A DNA stretch of 64,000 nt. It comes from a bacterium (GTDB taxonomy: Bacteria; Orphanbacterota; Orphanbacteria; Orphanbacterales; Orphanbacteraceae). The stretch spans positions 20,670 through 84,669 of the forward strand of contig JALGYY010000035.1 in the NCBI GenBank assembly GCA_025782575.1, written 5' to 3'. The stretch's first letter is position 1. Every line of letters begins with the position of its first letter. Both the position numbers and the translations under genes were made by a program. The notes beneath the pieces are model-generated. The model was not told the origin of the DNA. It worked only from the letters and a program-made list of their open reading frames with translations, and did no database searches. Below are positions 35,759 through 46,574 of this stretch, in pieces.

Positions 35759-37024
35759 TCACGATGCCTTGCCGCCGCTCTTTCGTTTCTTCTTCCGGCC
35801 GTAAGTCATGAGGGGGGCATCTCCCCGATCAATCACGCCATCGGTGATCACACATTCCGAAACATCGGTCATGGAGGGGAGATCGTACATGACATCGAGA
35901 AGCGCCTCTTCAAGAATGGCGCGCAGCCCGCGAGCACCGGTCTTTCGGCCCATCGCTTTTATTGCGGTCGCACGAAGGGCCTCTTCGGTGAAATCGAGGG
36001 CGATATTCTCCATCTCAAACAGGACCTGATACTGACGACAGAGGGCGTTTTTCGGCTTTGTCAAAACCTCGACGAGAGCGTCTTCATCGAGGTCACCAAG
36101 CGTACAGAGCGAAGGAAGCCGTCCGACGAGCTCCGGTATGAGCCCGTACTTCAGTAGATCTTCCGGCTCCGCCTTACTGAGAATCGCACTGCTCTGGCGC
36201 TCCGCCTTCGTACGGATCTTGGCGTTGAAACCCATCACCTTCTCGCCGATCCGCTTCGAGATAATCTGGTCCAGGCCCTCGAAAGCGCCGCCACAGATAA
36301 ACAGGATGTTTCTCGTGTTCACTTCGATATACTTCTGCTGCGGGTGCTTTCGCCCCCCCTGGGGCGGCACGTTCGCCGTTGTCCCCTCGAGAATCTTGAG
36401 GAGCGCCTGCTGAACACCTTCCCCCGATACATCCCTCGTGATCGACGGATTGTCCGACTTACGGGCCACTTTGTCGATTTCATCGATATAAACAATGCCC
36501 CGCTCGGCACTCGGAACATCGAAGTCCGCGTTCTGAAGTAGTTTGACCAGGATGTTTTCCACGTCCTCACCGACATAGCCGGCCTCGGTCAACGTTGTCG
36601 CATCGACAATCGCGAACGGTACGTTCAGCAACTTCGCCAATGTCTGTGCGAGAAGCGTCTTTCCTGTTCCCGTCGGACCGAGCAACAGGATATTCGCTTT
36701 TTCAAGCTCCACATCGTCGGTGCTCGATTCGAAGTGAATGCGCTTGTAGTGATTATAGACCGCTACGGAGAGAACCTTTTTGGCGTACTCCTGGCTCACC
36801 ACATACTGATCGAGAAAACTATGAACCTCGGACGGCTTCGGAATCTCCGCCTCGGTGTACACCAGCTCCCGCCCCATCTCCTCGCGGAGAATGTCGTTAC
36901 AGAGCTTGATGCATTCGTTACAGATGTAGACAGACGGCCCCGAGATCAGTTTGGTGACCTCTTCTTGGCCCCGCCCGCAGAACGAGCAGCGAATGGGGTG
37001 GGGGGATCCGATCCGTTTCTTCAC
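35759..37024 (-). CDS. clpX: ATP-dependent Clp protease ATP-binding subunit ClpX
   Basis: Zn-finger '[26 protein letters not shown]'. Walker A '[15 protein letters not shown]'. Confidence 0.93.
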   Translation of the reverse strand: MKKRIGSPHPIRCSFCGRGQEEVTKLISGPSVYICNECIKLCNDILREEMGRELVYTEAEIPKPSEVHSFLDQYVVSQEYAKKVLSVAVYNHYKRIHFESSTDDVELEKANILLLGPTGTGKTLLAQTLAKLLNVPFAIVDATTLTEAGYVGEDVENILVKLLQNADFDVPSAERGIVYIDEIDKVARKSDNPSITRDVSGEGVQQALLKILEGTTANVPPQGGRKHPQQKYIEVNTRNILFICGGAFEGLDQIISKRIGEKVMGFNAKIRTKAERQSSAILSKAEPEDLLKYGLIPELVGRLPSLCTLGDLDEDALVEVLTKPKNALCRQYQVLFEMENIALDFTEEALRATAIKAMGRKTGARGLRAILEEALLDVMYDLPSMTDVSECVITDGVIDRGDAPLMTYGRKKKRKSGGKAS

Positions 37025-37055
37025 AAGCTAACCTCCGAGATTCCGAATTCGACAC

Positions 37056-37640
37056 TCAGTCGCGGTGAGTAATCACCTCATCAACAATACCGTACTTCCT
37101 GGCCTCTTCCGCGGACATGAAGTGATTCCTGTCCGTATCTTTACCGATCCGAGCGGGAGTCTGGTTGCAATGTTTCGATAGAATGCCGTTCAGGGTCTCC
37201 CTGACCTTCAGCAATTCCTTGGCGTAGATCTCCACGTCCGAAGCCTGGCCCTCACTTCCTCCGAGAGGCTGGTGAATCATGACCCGGGCATTCGGAAGGA
37301 TCGAGCGCTTCCCTTTTGTACCGGCCGCAAGAAGCACAGCGCCCATACTGGCCGCCTGGCCCATGCAGATCGTCATCACATCGGGCTTGATATACTGCAT
37401 CGTGTCATAGATCGCAAGCCCTGCCGTTACGACGCCACCCGGTGTGTTGATGTAAAGGTAGATATCCCGCTCGGGATCATCCGCCTCACAAAATAACATC
37501 TGTGCAATCGCGAGATTCGCTACGTTATCGTCGATCGCCGTACCAAGAAAGATAATACGATCCTTAAGCAGTCTCGAATAGATGTCGTACGCCCGCTCAC
37601 CGCGGCCGGTCTGCTCCACGACCATTGGTATCAGACCCAT
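37056..37640 (-). CDS. clpP: ATP-dependent Clp protease proteolytic subunit ClpP
   Basis: '[17 protein letters not shown]' (active Ser) and 'IHQPLGG' (His). 194 aa. Confidence 0.93.
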   Translation of the reverse strand: MGLIPMVVEQTGRGERAYDIYSRLLKDRIIFLGTAIDDNVANLAIAQMLFCEADDPERDIYLYINTPGGVVTAGLAIYDTMQYIKPDVMTICMGQAASMGAVLLAAGTKGKRSILPNARVMIHQPLGGSEGQASDVEIYAKELLKVRETLNGILSKHCNQTPARIGKDTDRNHFMSAEEARKYGIVDEVITHRD

Positions 37641-37644
37641 TGCC

Positions 37645-38961
37645 CTAACCCTCGCTCAAGTTGGAGTGTTCCTTGACCCACCGGAAGACCTTGTCCTCCC
37701 GAATGGCCCGCCGCATCTCGCTTCGGGCGCTCTCCTCCTCTTCCTTCCGCTCATCCCGCGAAAGGTGGGAGAGATCCTTACGGGCCAATATGGCCTGGAC
37801 AGCCCGGTCAATTTCCCGATCCGACGGTTCGAGATCCTCTTTCTTACTAATTTCGGTCACTATGGCAAGTTTCTGAATCGCCCGGGTCGATCCTTTTCGC
37901 CGTTCTTCTGTAATTGAGGCCCGCTGTTTGGCTGCTTCCTCCCGTTTATCCTCCGGAATCTGATCCTCCGGGATGAAATCGGGCATGGAAGACTGTGAGA
38001 CCCGGTCGATGATCCTGGACGAAAGATCGACTTTATTATGCTTCAGAAGCTCGTCAAACAGATGAGCCTGGAGCTCCCTGTCCGCCTCTTCTTCGGCCAT
38101 TCTGGTCAATTCCGCTCGAATCTCATCTTTCAGGCTGTCGAGCGTGCCGTCCTCTTTCCCCATGACCCGTGCGGCAAATGAGTCGTCCACAACAGGAAGG
38201 GCCTTCTCCAGAATCTCGTGGACGTCGATTCTGAACTCGACTTTACTTCCCGCGAGTGAGCGGGCGGGGTGATCCTCCGGAAAATCGATGACGATAGACT
38301 TCTGATCGTCCACCTCGGCACCGATCAGCCCTTCCGTCAATGTGAGGGGAACGACATCGCTCCCGGGAGGGGCGTCGAGAATCATCTCCACGTCGGTCAC
38401 CCGCTTGCCGAACGCCCGGCCGTCTTCCATGAATCTCTGATAGGAGAGTTTGATCTTATCCCCCTTCATTGACTCCCGTTTGACCGGAATGAAATCCAGA
38501 TTGTGGTTCTGCAGGCCGGTTAGCTCCCGATCGATATCATCGTCACCCACAGGTTTCACACGGCGAGAGAGCTTGAGGTCCCGGTAATTCGAAAGTTCCA
38601 CCACCGGCCATTCGTCTACTGTCACGCGGAACCGGATCGGCTCTCCGTCAGGAGCCTTCAGATCGCCGATTTCGGGATCGAAGAACGGCACGACATCAGC
38701 CTCTCGAAGGGACTTCCAGGCCGCGTCCGATACGATTCTCTCGAGCGCTTCGCTTCGAACGGCGTCTTTATATTTCGCTTCCAGGATCGAACGGGGCGCC
38801 TTCCCCTTCCGAAATCCCGGAATATTGACCTTTTTACCGAGCCGGTTGAATTCCATATCCATCTGCCCGGTCAGGGAATTGAGCGCTACTTCGATGGAGA
38901 AGATCTTATGCCCCGGCTCCGGTTCCTCGATCTCGACGGTTTTGCAATCGGGGCCCTTCAC
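37645..38961 (-). CDS. tig: Trigger factor
   Basis: N-terminal ribosome-binding 'GFRKGKAP'. 438 aa. Conserved tig-clpP-clpX-lon order. Confidence 0.88.
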   Translation of the reverse strand: MKGPDCKTVEIEEPEPGHKIFSIEVALNSLTGQMDMEFNRLGKKVNIPGFRKGKAPRSILEAKYKDAVRSEALERIVSDAAWKSLREADVVPFFDPEIGDLKAPDGEPIRFRVTVDEWPVVELSNYRDLKLSRRVKPVGDDDIDRELTGLQNHNLDFIPVKRESMKGDKIKLSYQRFMEDGRAFGKRVTDVEMILDAPPGSDVVPLTLTEGLIGAEVDDQKSIVIDFPEDHPARSLAGSKVEFRIDVHEILEKALPVVDDSFAARVMGKEDGTLDSLKDEIRAELTRMAEEEADRELQAHLFDELLKHNKVDLSSRIIDRVSQSSMPDFIPEDQIPEDKREEAAKQRASITEERRKGSTRAIQKLAIVTEISKKEDLEPSDREIDRAVQAILARKDLSHLSRDERKEEEESARSEMRRAIREDKVFRWVKEHSNLSEG

Positions 38962-38998
38962 GCTTGGTTCGCCTCACTTTTCTTGCTGTTTGATGGGG

Positions 38999-39080
<82 letters not shown>

Positions 39081-39218
39081 AAGGATCTGGAGTCCCCACA
39101 GGGGAACCCATCCGCTCACAATCCTTAGCAGCAGGCTGCCTAGATGTATACCAGCGAGTAGGGGGGTCGTCAAGGACTGGGAACGCTAATTGCTTAATAT
39201 GCGGGGGCTTGCAGGGGC

Positions 39219-40031
39219 CTACTGAGCACCCTTCCCGGTGAGGACAACGACGACCGTTCGGAGCAGAATCCTGAAATCCTGCAGCCAGCCCTTGCGGGAT
39301 ACGTAGTCCAGATCGTACTCCAGTTTGACTTTGACATCATCGAGACACGTGTCGTACTGGTGCTCCACCTGGGCGAGTCCCGTAATGCCCGGTTTGACGC
39401 GGAGTCGCAACGCATAATCGGGCATTTCCCCGATCAGATCCCTCACGAAGGTCGGGCGCTCGGGCCTCGGCCCGACAAGGCTCATATCCCCTCTCAGCAC
39501 ATTGAAGAACTGTGGCGTCTCATCGATCCTCAGGTGACGCAGGATCTTACCCAGAAACGTGATACGCGGATCATTCCTCGTAGCCCAGATAGGGCCGACA
39601 CGATTCTCCGCACCGTCCACCATGGTTCGGAATTTATAGATGATAAACGGCTTTCCCGGAAGGTCGAGGGTCCGTCGATCGTATACATCATAGAAACTAT
39701 TGGACGCCGATGTGACGGGGAGGGGGCTCCGCCGATTCAAACCGATTCTGACCTGCCTGTAGATGATCGGCCCCGGCGAAGTCAGACGCACGAGAAAACC
39801 GACCAGACTGTAGAGAGGCAGCAGGCAGATCACGGCGAGTAGAGCGAGAAAGCGATCGGTGATCTCCTGGAGAAACGGGGGGTGGATCGGACCGTTGTCG
39901 AGGTGAGGCAGGGCGCCGGCAGTCACCTTGGAGAGGTCGATTACCTTGAGATCCGCTCTCGTCAAGCCGCTCTTCTCCCGCGACCGATCGCGCGCCGCCC
40001 CTCGTGTTAGTCCGTTACGTCTCTTCATCAC
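39219..40031 (-). CDS. Polyprenyl-phosphate sugar phosphotransferase (bacterial sugar transferase, WbaP/EpsB C-terminal-type)
   Basis: 'IYRQVRIG...PFIIYKFRTM...VGPRPERP...KPGITGLAQV' are Bac_transf signatures. Confidence 0.85.
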   Translation of the reverse strand: MMKRRNGLTRGAARDRSREKSGLTRADLKVIDLSKVTAGALPHLDNGPIHPPFLQEITDRFLALLAVICLLPLYSLVGFLVRLTSPGPIIYRQVRIGLNRRSPLPVTSASNSFYDVYDRRTLDLPGKPFIIYKFRTMVDGAENRVGPIWATRNDPRITFLGKILRHLRIDETPQFFNVLRGDMSLVGPRPERPTFVRDLIGEMPDYALRLRVKPGITGLAQVEHQYDTCLDDVKVKLEYDLDYVSRKGWLQDFRILLRTVVVVLTGKGAQ

Positions 40032-40117
40032 TCTTCCGGACTTCCGCCCGCTATGTCACTTTTCGGCTTCCCATGCCGATCAGTTGCCCCCAAAAATGCC
40101 GAAATCGCCCGTATTGC

Positions 40118-40147
40118 AAAAAAAATGCCTGTCCGAGTTCCGACAGG
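40118..40147 (-). terminator. Intrinsic terminator-like hairpin + U8 within 5' leader of sugar transferase gene (minus strand)
   Basis: Minus-strand RNA reads CCUGUCGGAACUCGGACAGG-CAUUUUUUUU, about 90 nt upstream of the ATG at 40031. Confidence 0.5.
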
Positions 40148-40204
40148 AGCCGGGGACGAACCGGTTTGCATACGGCCGATCAAGGGAACGGCTTTGAGAT
40201 TAGG

Positions 40205-40234
40205 ATTATATCGCAGAAATTGGGATATAGTCAA
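40205..40234 (-). promoter_or_regulatory. Sigma-70-type promoter (minus strand) TTGACT-N18-TATAAT upstream of sugar transferase leader
   Basis: Consensus hexamers read on the minus strand. The predicted TSS is about 165 nt upstream of the ATG. Confidence 0.55.
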
Positions 40235-40468
40235 GGCGAACTAACCGCCTTAACAGTTTGAAACTGCGGGTTTTCCCTCATAGCTGCCCCCCGAAAGGTT
40301 TACCGGGGTTCCTGTCCAACGTGCCAGGACTTACCGGGGGCGTCATAGTAAGAGCCGACGGGGCTCGTAGAAAGGAGTATACATCGCCTGATGAAAGTGT
40401 CGAGGAAATCAGGCGGGCGCTCTTGATGCCCTCGGACCTCAGACAGGCGATATCATACCGGAGGGGCC

Positions 40469-42631
40469 TCAGGGAGCCGAAAGAATGTCCTGTGTCGTGA
40501 ATGAAAGTACGTCGCTGAAGTTTGATACGTTCCTGACGTCAGTCACCGTGATCTGATAGAAATACTCCGTATTCGCCACCAGGCTCTCCAGTTCAAGAAT
40601 ATGGGCAATCTGCTGGGTACGGCTCTCGTCTGACCCGACATCCAGAGTTGTTGGCGAGAGACCCCAGCGGACGGATGCCTCGGTCGGCACATCGGTTCGA
40701 ACAAGGATAACGGCGGAAGTCTCGCCTGCAGTCACAGCGATACTTGCAATTGTCGGTAGTCCCGCATCGGAAAAGACCGCCTGAACGATATTGCTCGCAG
40801 TTCTGTTCCCGCCGCGATCGACAGCTTCAATGAAGTATTGCACGTAAAACGGCGTCTCCACCACTTCCGGGTAGTCAGCATAGGTCGTGGCCACCTGGCT
40901 GTTCAGCGTATCGATCCTAGTGAACGACCCCGGGGAAGGAGTGGTCTGCTTGTCATCCGTATGCCTGTAAATCACGTACGACGCAAAATCAGGATCGGGA
41001 TTCTGCTGCCAGCTGAGCGAGACATTCTGATTAATGAGATCGACATTCGGATTTCCGAGAGAGACGAATGTCGGATCGAGATCGGTAGTAAGAACCGACA
41101 CGACCTCGGAACCGGACGCGAGACCACCCTCGTCGACCACGTAGAGCCGGTAAAAATAGTTCGTCGCCTGATCAGAGGTTTCATCCGTAAGGGTTCTTGT
41201 GAAAATCTCTGCTGAAATCGTTGTCACCAGATCGGAGAGACGACTGACTGCCTCGTCTGTCGATCGCCGAAGCTCATAAGCGGCGAAATCGTGAACGGTA
41301 GACGGATCGACCGCCGACCAGGTGAGAGTCACATCCGTCGAGGGGGAATCGGCCGCGGCCGCTTCGAACAGAGTAACGGCGACGGGTGCTACGTTCTCAG
41401 TCGTGCCGGCCACTTCGTTTGAGCGGGCGATCCTGCCGTCCCTGTCTTCGACGAAGACCCTGTAGTAGTAAGTAGTCGCATCGAGCAGACCGCTCGAGTC
41501 GACCAGGGTCGTCACATGGCGATCGGTGATCACGCCGATCACGCGGTCCTCCGCTTCCACGCTCGGAACTGTCCCCCGAAAGACGCGATAACGCGCGAAA
41601 TCGAGGTCGCCGTTTACGCTCCAAGAGAGGGCGATCCAGTCGGGACCGATCTCGGTAGGCGCGGAAAGCAGAACTGCCTCCGGATCGCCACCGGTCTCTG
41701 CTATCGTAACGCCCGTTTCGGTAGTCACGTCACTCGCGATATTTCCCGCACGATCGACAAACTCGCCGATGAGTACGGTCGTGTCTACTTCGACTCCGGG
41801 CCGGATCACGAAATCAGTACGATAGGTCGCCGAGGCTTCGTCGTAGAGGAGAGGCTCACTCACTAGCACGCCGGGAAGCGTGAACGATGCCGTGCCACCA
41901 GGTTCACCGGTTTTCATCACCAGACTCAATGTGTCACCCGGCTCCAGAATCGCCCCACCCGAAGATTCCGTGAACGAGAGGATCTTCGCCTCGGTATCCA
42001 GCATGATTTCATCGGTAAAGACATCGGTCAGCGTACCCGAAGCCGTTCGGAACTGGACGTAGACCGTTTTTGTTCCGTCCCCCTCTTCGAGGAGCCATCC
42101 CCTCGATGACGTGAAGGCTTCAAAAAAGCTCCCCGTGAAATCGGAATCATTGGCGACCATGATCGAGGCTGCGTCGCCGGGAGTGGTGAATACCAGATTG
42201 ACTGTTCGAGTCGCCGTAAACTCCGCGCGGTCATTGATTACAAGACCGAACGTGCCCGGCGTCACCAGAATGGCGGCGGAGAGATTCGACTCGATCCTGT
42301 TATCGCCGATCGAGGTCACTTGATAGCTGTAGGTACGGCCCGGTACGAGCCCGTCGTCCTGATAGGCCGTGGTCGCGGATGTGTCGACCAGAACCGTATC
42401 GATACTCGCATTGTCGGCGCGATAGACTCCGAAACCGGCCACACCACCCAGGCTTGCGATCTCCCAGGTAAGAGAGACGCCATCCTCACCGAGGACGGCA
42501 CCGAGATCAGTCGGGACGGGGGGGGCGCGAAGGGGGTCGGGAATCGTGGTCGGAGCATCGTCGCCACCACAACCGGATAGTCCGATCAGGAGGACCACTC
42601 CCATCGTGAAAGGAATTCGATTCAGCCTCAT
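40469..42631 (-). CDS. Lipoprotein with tandem fibronectin type III-like domains
   Basis: Lipobox 'LLIGLSGCGG'. About 6 repeats, each ending in a 'Y.Y(R/Q)V...D..G' motif (RTYSYQVTSI, TYYYRVFVEDRDG, TNYFYRLYVVDEGG, ...). Confidence 0.6.
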   Translation of the reverse strand: MRLNRIPFTMGVVLLIGLSGCGGDDAPTTIPDPLRAPPVPTDLGAVLGEDGVSLTWEIASLGGVAGFGVYRADNASIDTVLVDTSATTAYQDDGLVPGRTYSYQVTSIGDNRIESNLSAAILVTPGTFGLVINDRAEFTATRTVNLVFTTPGDAASIMVANDSDFTGSFFEAFTSSRGWLLEEGDGTKTVYVQFRTASGTLTDVFTDEIMLDTEAKILSFTESSGGAILEPGDTLSLVMKTGEPGGTASFTLPGVLVSEPLLYDEASATYRTDFVIRPGVEVDTTVLIGEFVDRAGNIASDVTTETGVTIAETGGDPEAVLLSAPTEIGPDWIALSWSVNGDLDFARYRVFRGTVPSVEAEDRVIGVITDRHVTTLVDSSGLLDATTYYYRVFVEDRDGRIARSNEVAGTTENVAPVAVTLFEAAAADSPSTDVTLTWSAVDPSTVHDFAAYELRRSTDEAVSRLSDLVTTISAEIFTRTLTDETSDQATNYFYRLYVVDEGGLASGSEVVSVLTTDLDPTFVSLGNPNVDLINQNVSLSWQQNPDPDFASYVIYRHTDDKQTTPSPGSFTRIDTLNSQVATTYADYPEVVETPFYVQYFIEAVDRGGNRTASNIVQAVFSDAGLPTIASIAVTAGETSAVILVRTDVPTEASVRWGLSPTTLDVGSDESRTQQIAHILELESLVANTEYFYQITVTDVRNVSNFSDVLSFTTQDILSAP

Positions 42632-42643
42632 TCCCCAATCCTC

Positions 42644-43786
42644 CTAAAACCGGTAAGAAATAGCGACGCCGGGAGCATGTGTAGCCGGCGTATGAACCAT
42701 GCCGAGTTCCGTGGTCGATTCAGGACGGGCGGAATCCCTCGGGCCGGTGAAGATCGCGTCGATCACCGAAGCCGCCCATACACCTGCGGCGGCAATCGCC
42801 CAGGCGTTACGTCGGTCTTCCACGTCATCTCGATCGCCGATCGCAACGCCTCTTCGAGCCTCGACCTGATTGAAGAACGCCGCCTCTTCTTCCGAATTCG
42901 GTGCAAGCACCGCCAGCTCTCTATCCAGCGCGTCCAGCCGATCTCTCTCTTCTTCCAGATTGAGATGGGCTTCGAGGGCCTGATATCCTACGAACACCGC
43001 AGAGGCCGCGTACACCAGACCACGAAGCGAGTAGCCGGCATAGTCCTGGCCGAGCCCCGGAAAGAGCGCGGATCGAATGGCGCGACGGAAACGGTTCTTC
43101 TCGCGAAGTGAAATCTGTAATAGATTGCCCGATCCCTCTTGGAGATCGAGTGATTGATGGAAGAAGAGGGCGTCAATGAGATTCCCAGCCCAGAACGCCC
43201 CCATGGTCATGAGAGCAAAGTCACGGTTTCTCTTGGCGGCATCCCGGAGAACTTCGAGTTCCAGTGTGGCGTCGAGTACGAGGGGATCCACGTCGCCCGA
43301 CGACAATGACTGCTGCAGAACGACATTGGACAGATCGTAAAGAGACCGGGCGTCATCGTAGTCACCATCCAGCCTCCAGGTTGTGATTCCCGATACCGCC
43401 CACATGCCGCCCCAGATAGAACCAGCTGTGCGCCGTCCCTCGAAGAACTGTCCGCTCCCCGGGAGCGTGGCGGACCGGAAGAATCGGCCGAGCCTGAGGC
43501 TCCTCACTTCGGGCATCAAGAGAAGACGATCGTTCCTGGTACGGAGACGAATGATCCCGCGCGATTCCTGGTACCCGTCCAGCCGGGCCCGCACGTAGTA
43601 TTCACCGTCCATCCGGTTATCCAATGGGAACGGGCTTACCCCCCTGACCGCCGTATTCCCCGTAAGTTCGACAAATGCGCCGAGGGGATGGGTCCAGACA
43701 GTCAGATCATCAGCAGAAACAGTTGATACGGGAACGAGAGAAAGCAGAAGGATCAGGGAGATCCATGGAGTGGTTCGTCTACTCAT
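42644..43786 (-). CDS. Secreted hypothetical protein with PEGA-like N-terminal domain and repeated (L/F)PG(S/L)GQ motifs
   Basis: Signal peptide. 'GEYYVRARLDGYQESRGIIRL'. Two 'LPGSGQFFEG...' / 'LFPGLGQDYAG...' motifs. Confidence 0.45.
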   Translation of the reverse strand: MSRRTTPWISLILLLSLVPVSTVSADDLTVWTHPLGAFVELTGNTAVRGVSPFPLDNRMDGEYYVRARLDGYQESRGIIRLRTRNDRLLLMPEVRSLRLGRFFRSATLPGSGQFFEGRRTAGSIWGGMWAVSGITTWRLDGDYDDARSLYDLSNVVLQQSLSSGDVDPLVLDATLELEVLRDAAKRNRDFALMTMGAFWAGNLIDALFFHQSLDLQEGSGNLLQISLREKNRFRRAIRSALFPGLGQDYAGYSLRGLVYAASAVFVGYQALEAHLNLEEERDRLDALDRELAVLAPNSEEEAAFFNQVEARRGVAIGDRDDVEDRRNAWAIAAAGVWAASVIDAIFTGPRDSARPESTTELGMVHTPATHAPGVAISYRF

Positions 43787-43903
43787 CTGAGTCAGATTCC
43801 TTCCTCTCGCGAATCGCAGTTAAGCCTGCCGCAGTATAAGGACGCCCCAATGAGGTGTCAAGACTCCAAGTCCCTTCATCTACAGAGGTTCGACATACGG
43901 GTT

Positions 43904-44794
43904 TCAATCTTGATCGAATGATTCCATCTCGTACAGGGGAAGTTCTCGCGATCGAATCGCCTCCCGGATCGGTCCGAAGGCTCCCTCGCCGATCAGTCTA
44001 CCCAGCCTCTCCTCCACTCGGCCGATTCCGCTGTAATGCCGGATGCGGGAGAGGAGTGGCATCGGAATTCTCGGCTGGTCCGAATCAATTTCCCAGGGAT
44101 GGGTGTAGAGGTTGATGAAGCCCCCCCGTTTCCGTACCGACCGAAAGCCCTGACGGATCAATGGGAAGGGGAGAAGCCTGAGATATCCCCCTCCAGAAAC
44201 CGGAAAAGCGACCGGCCCCAATGGGAAGGTCGTCATCGGGACTTCAATAATCTCAGCCCCGCCCGTTTGGAGCCGAACCGGGTCGGCCGGAAATCCGGGA
44301 ATGCCGTATCGATCATGATGGATCGGAAATATACTTGAGTCGTACTCAAACCCGAGTTCCTCGAGAATCGGGATCGCCCACAGTGTCTTTCTGGTGATGG
44401 AGAATGTCGGTGCCCGATACCCGGTCACCCGGGCCCCGATCATATCCTCGAGGAGAGACTTCGCGGCACCGACGTCTTCTCGAAACTGCTCCTCCGATAG
44501 ATTATGAATCAGTTCATGACGGCCGCCGTGACATCCCACTTCGTGGCCCGCTTCGTGGATTCGACGTATGAGAGGGCGGTTTCTTTCGGCGAACCATCCT
44601 AGAACGAAGAAGGTCGCGCACACTCCCCACTGGTCGAACCGTTCGAGCAGGCGCTCGACGGCAGGAGCGCTTCTCCCCTGGCGTTCTTCCCATTCGTGTT
44701 CGCTGATTCTGCCGTCAAATATCGTGGCATGGAAGTACTCTTCCACGTCTACACTCAACCCGTCCCGAATTTTTGGCGAACCGTTTTCAGTCAT
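43904..44794 (-). CDS. Polysaccharide deacetylase family protein (PEP-CTERM/EPS-locus subfamily with DUF3473-like C-terminus)
   Basis: 'LSVDVEEYFH', 'HEVGCHGGRHE' and 'GYRAPTFS' are NodB-type motifs. The C-terminal extension is typical of EPS-locus deacetylases. Confidence 0.8.
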   Translation of the reverse strand: MTENGSPKIRDGLSVDVEEYFHATIFDGRISEHEWEERQGRSAPAVERLLERFDQWGVCATFFVLGWFAERNRPLIRRIHEAGHEVGCHGGRHELIHNLSEEQFREDVGAAKSLLEDMIGARVTGYRAPTFSITRKTLWAIPILEELGFEYDSSIFPIHHDRYGIPGFPADPVRLQTGGAEIIEVPMTTFPLGPVAFPVSGGGYLRLLPFPLIRQGFRSVRKRGGFINLYTHPWEIDSDQPRIPMPLLSRIRHYSGIGRVEERLGRLIGEGAFGPIREAIRSRELPLYEMESFDQD

Positions 44795-45124
44795 GACGCT
44801 TACCTGCCGGGGCGGTCGATTCCCGGAATGAAGAGAAGTCCCCTTGCGGTCTCCGGGAGACCTGACTATGCTGGGGCTTTCCCGGTTCGTCTAGCATTTT
44901 ACCGGTAACCTGAATCCCCGGCTTGACGAAAGGAAGGATCCATTCGCGCTTTCAGTACGATATTCGTCTTTGTCGCGCTTCTCTTAAGTTCTTCCTGCGG
45001 AGGGGGAGAGAAGACTGCGAACAACGGGAATGAAGGGCCGGACGGCGGCACACTGATTGTCGGCGTCGATATCGATGCGGATGCGCTCACGCCGCTCGTT
45101 TCCCGCACCGCTTCCGGCAGCCAG

Positions 45125-46549
45125 GTGCACGCCCAGATTTTTGCTTCCCTGGCGAGAACGAATCCTGACATGGCGACCTATTCTCCCTGGCTGGCCGAGT
45201 CATGGAAATTTTCCAAGGATCATAAGTCACTCACATTTCTGCTTCGAAACGATGTGACATGGCATGACGGTGTCCGCTTTTCCGCGTATGACGTCGAGTT
45301 TGCCGCGCCTCTCTACAAGGAACCGTCGATCGCCTCTTCGGTGGTTCGCTGGCAGGATCACATCACGAATGTTGTCGCTCTTGATTCATTCAGAGTTCGT
45401 TTCGATTTTGATGCGGTCTATCCGTATCAGTTTACCGACGCCAATGTGGCGAAGCCGCTTCCCCGGCATATTCTGGAGGGGCTGACTCCTGAGGAGATTC
45501 GGGATTCCCCGTTTCACCGCTCGCCGATCGGTACGGGACCGTTTCAATTCGATAGCTGGACTGCACAGCAATCGATCGTGCTCACTGCCTACGAAGAATA
45601 CTTTGAAGGACGGCCCCATCTTGATCGCGTGGTCTTCAAGATCGTGCCAGACCGCGTGAATCTACTGACTCAGCTTCGAACCGGTGAGATTGATTTTTAT
45701 CCCAAGCTTCCCCCGCACGCTCTTCAGGAGCTGGAAGAAAACGATGCGCTGGAAGTAATCGAGGTTCCGAGCCGGGTCTATTATTACCTGGGCTGGCAGA
45801 ATGATTTTCCATTGTTTGCCGATCGAAAAGTCAGGCGGGCGCTCACGATGGCGATCGATCGGGAGACGATTGTCAGCACGCTGCTCTACGGAAAGGGAGG
45901 GGTGATTCATGGACCGATCCTTCCGTTCTTGTGGGCCTACACTTCCGACGTCCCGACGATTCCCTACAATCAGGATGAGGCAAAGCGGCTCTTCGCCGAA
46001 ACAGGATGGGTGGATAGTGACGGAGACGGGTGGCTCGACAAAGACGGTGAAAAATTCGAGTTCACCATGAAGACTAACGAGAACAACGATCTTCGGAAAG
46101 ATGTAGTGGTAATCGTGCAGGAGATGCTGGCCAAGGTCGGCGTCAAACTCCATCCGGAGACTGTCGAGTGGACCGTGTTCGCCGAACAGGTGAGAGGACG
46201 CCAGTTCGAGGCGAGTTGCTACGGCTGGAGCCAGGGTGTCAAAGTCGATCTGACGAGCATCTGGCATTCCCGGTCGATCGAGTCCTCCTATAATATGGTG
46301 AGCTATCGTAATGACGATGTCGACCGGCTGATCGATCAAGCCGTGCTTGAACTGGACCGGGGAAAGGCGAAAAGGCTGTGGGCAGAGACGCAGCGAGTCA
46401 TCGCAGGCGACGTGCCCTACACGTTTCTCTTTTACCTCGACGATCTGTACGCCATCGACAAACGGTTCGAGAATGTAAACATCATCACGTACGCCTGGCA
46501 CTACAATCTTCATCAGTGGTACGTGCCGCCGGGAAAGAGGAAGTACTGA
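45125..46549 (+). CDS. ABC transporter substrate-binding protein, family 5 (peptide/nickel type). True start probably upstream (~44942).
   Basis: SBP_bac_5 features are present. The in-frame upstream region encodes the lipoprotein signal 'IRAFSTIFVFVALLLSSSCGGGEK' with no canonical start codon between the stop at 44924 and the GTG at 45125. Confidence 0.8.
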   Translation: MHAQIFASLARTNPDMATYSPWLAESWKFSKDHKSLTFLLRNDVTWHDGVRFSAYDVEFAAPLYKEPSIASSVVRWQDHITNVVALDSFRVRFDFDAVYPYQFTDANVAKPLPRHILEGLTPEEIRDSPFHRSPIGTGPFQFDSWTAQQSIVLTAYEEYFEGRPHLDRVVFKIVPDRVNLLTQLRTGEIDFYPKLPPHALQELEENDALEVIEVPSRVYYYLGWQNDFPLFADRKVRRALTMAIDRETIVSTLLYGKGGVIHGPILPFLWAYTSDVPTIPYNQDEAKRLFAETGWVDSDGDGWLDKDGEKFEFTMKTNENNDLRKDVVVIVQEMLAKVGVKLHPETVEWTVFAEQVRGRQFEASCYGWSQGVKVDLTSIWHSRSIESSYNMVSYRNDDVDRLIDQAVLELDRGKAKRLWAETQRVIAGDVPYTFLFYLDDLYAIDKRFENVNIITYAWHYNLHQWYVPPGKRKY

Positions 46550-46574
46550 TCGGTCATTGCAAAGGGAGTGCTGA

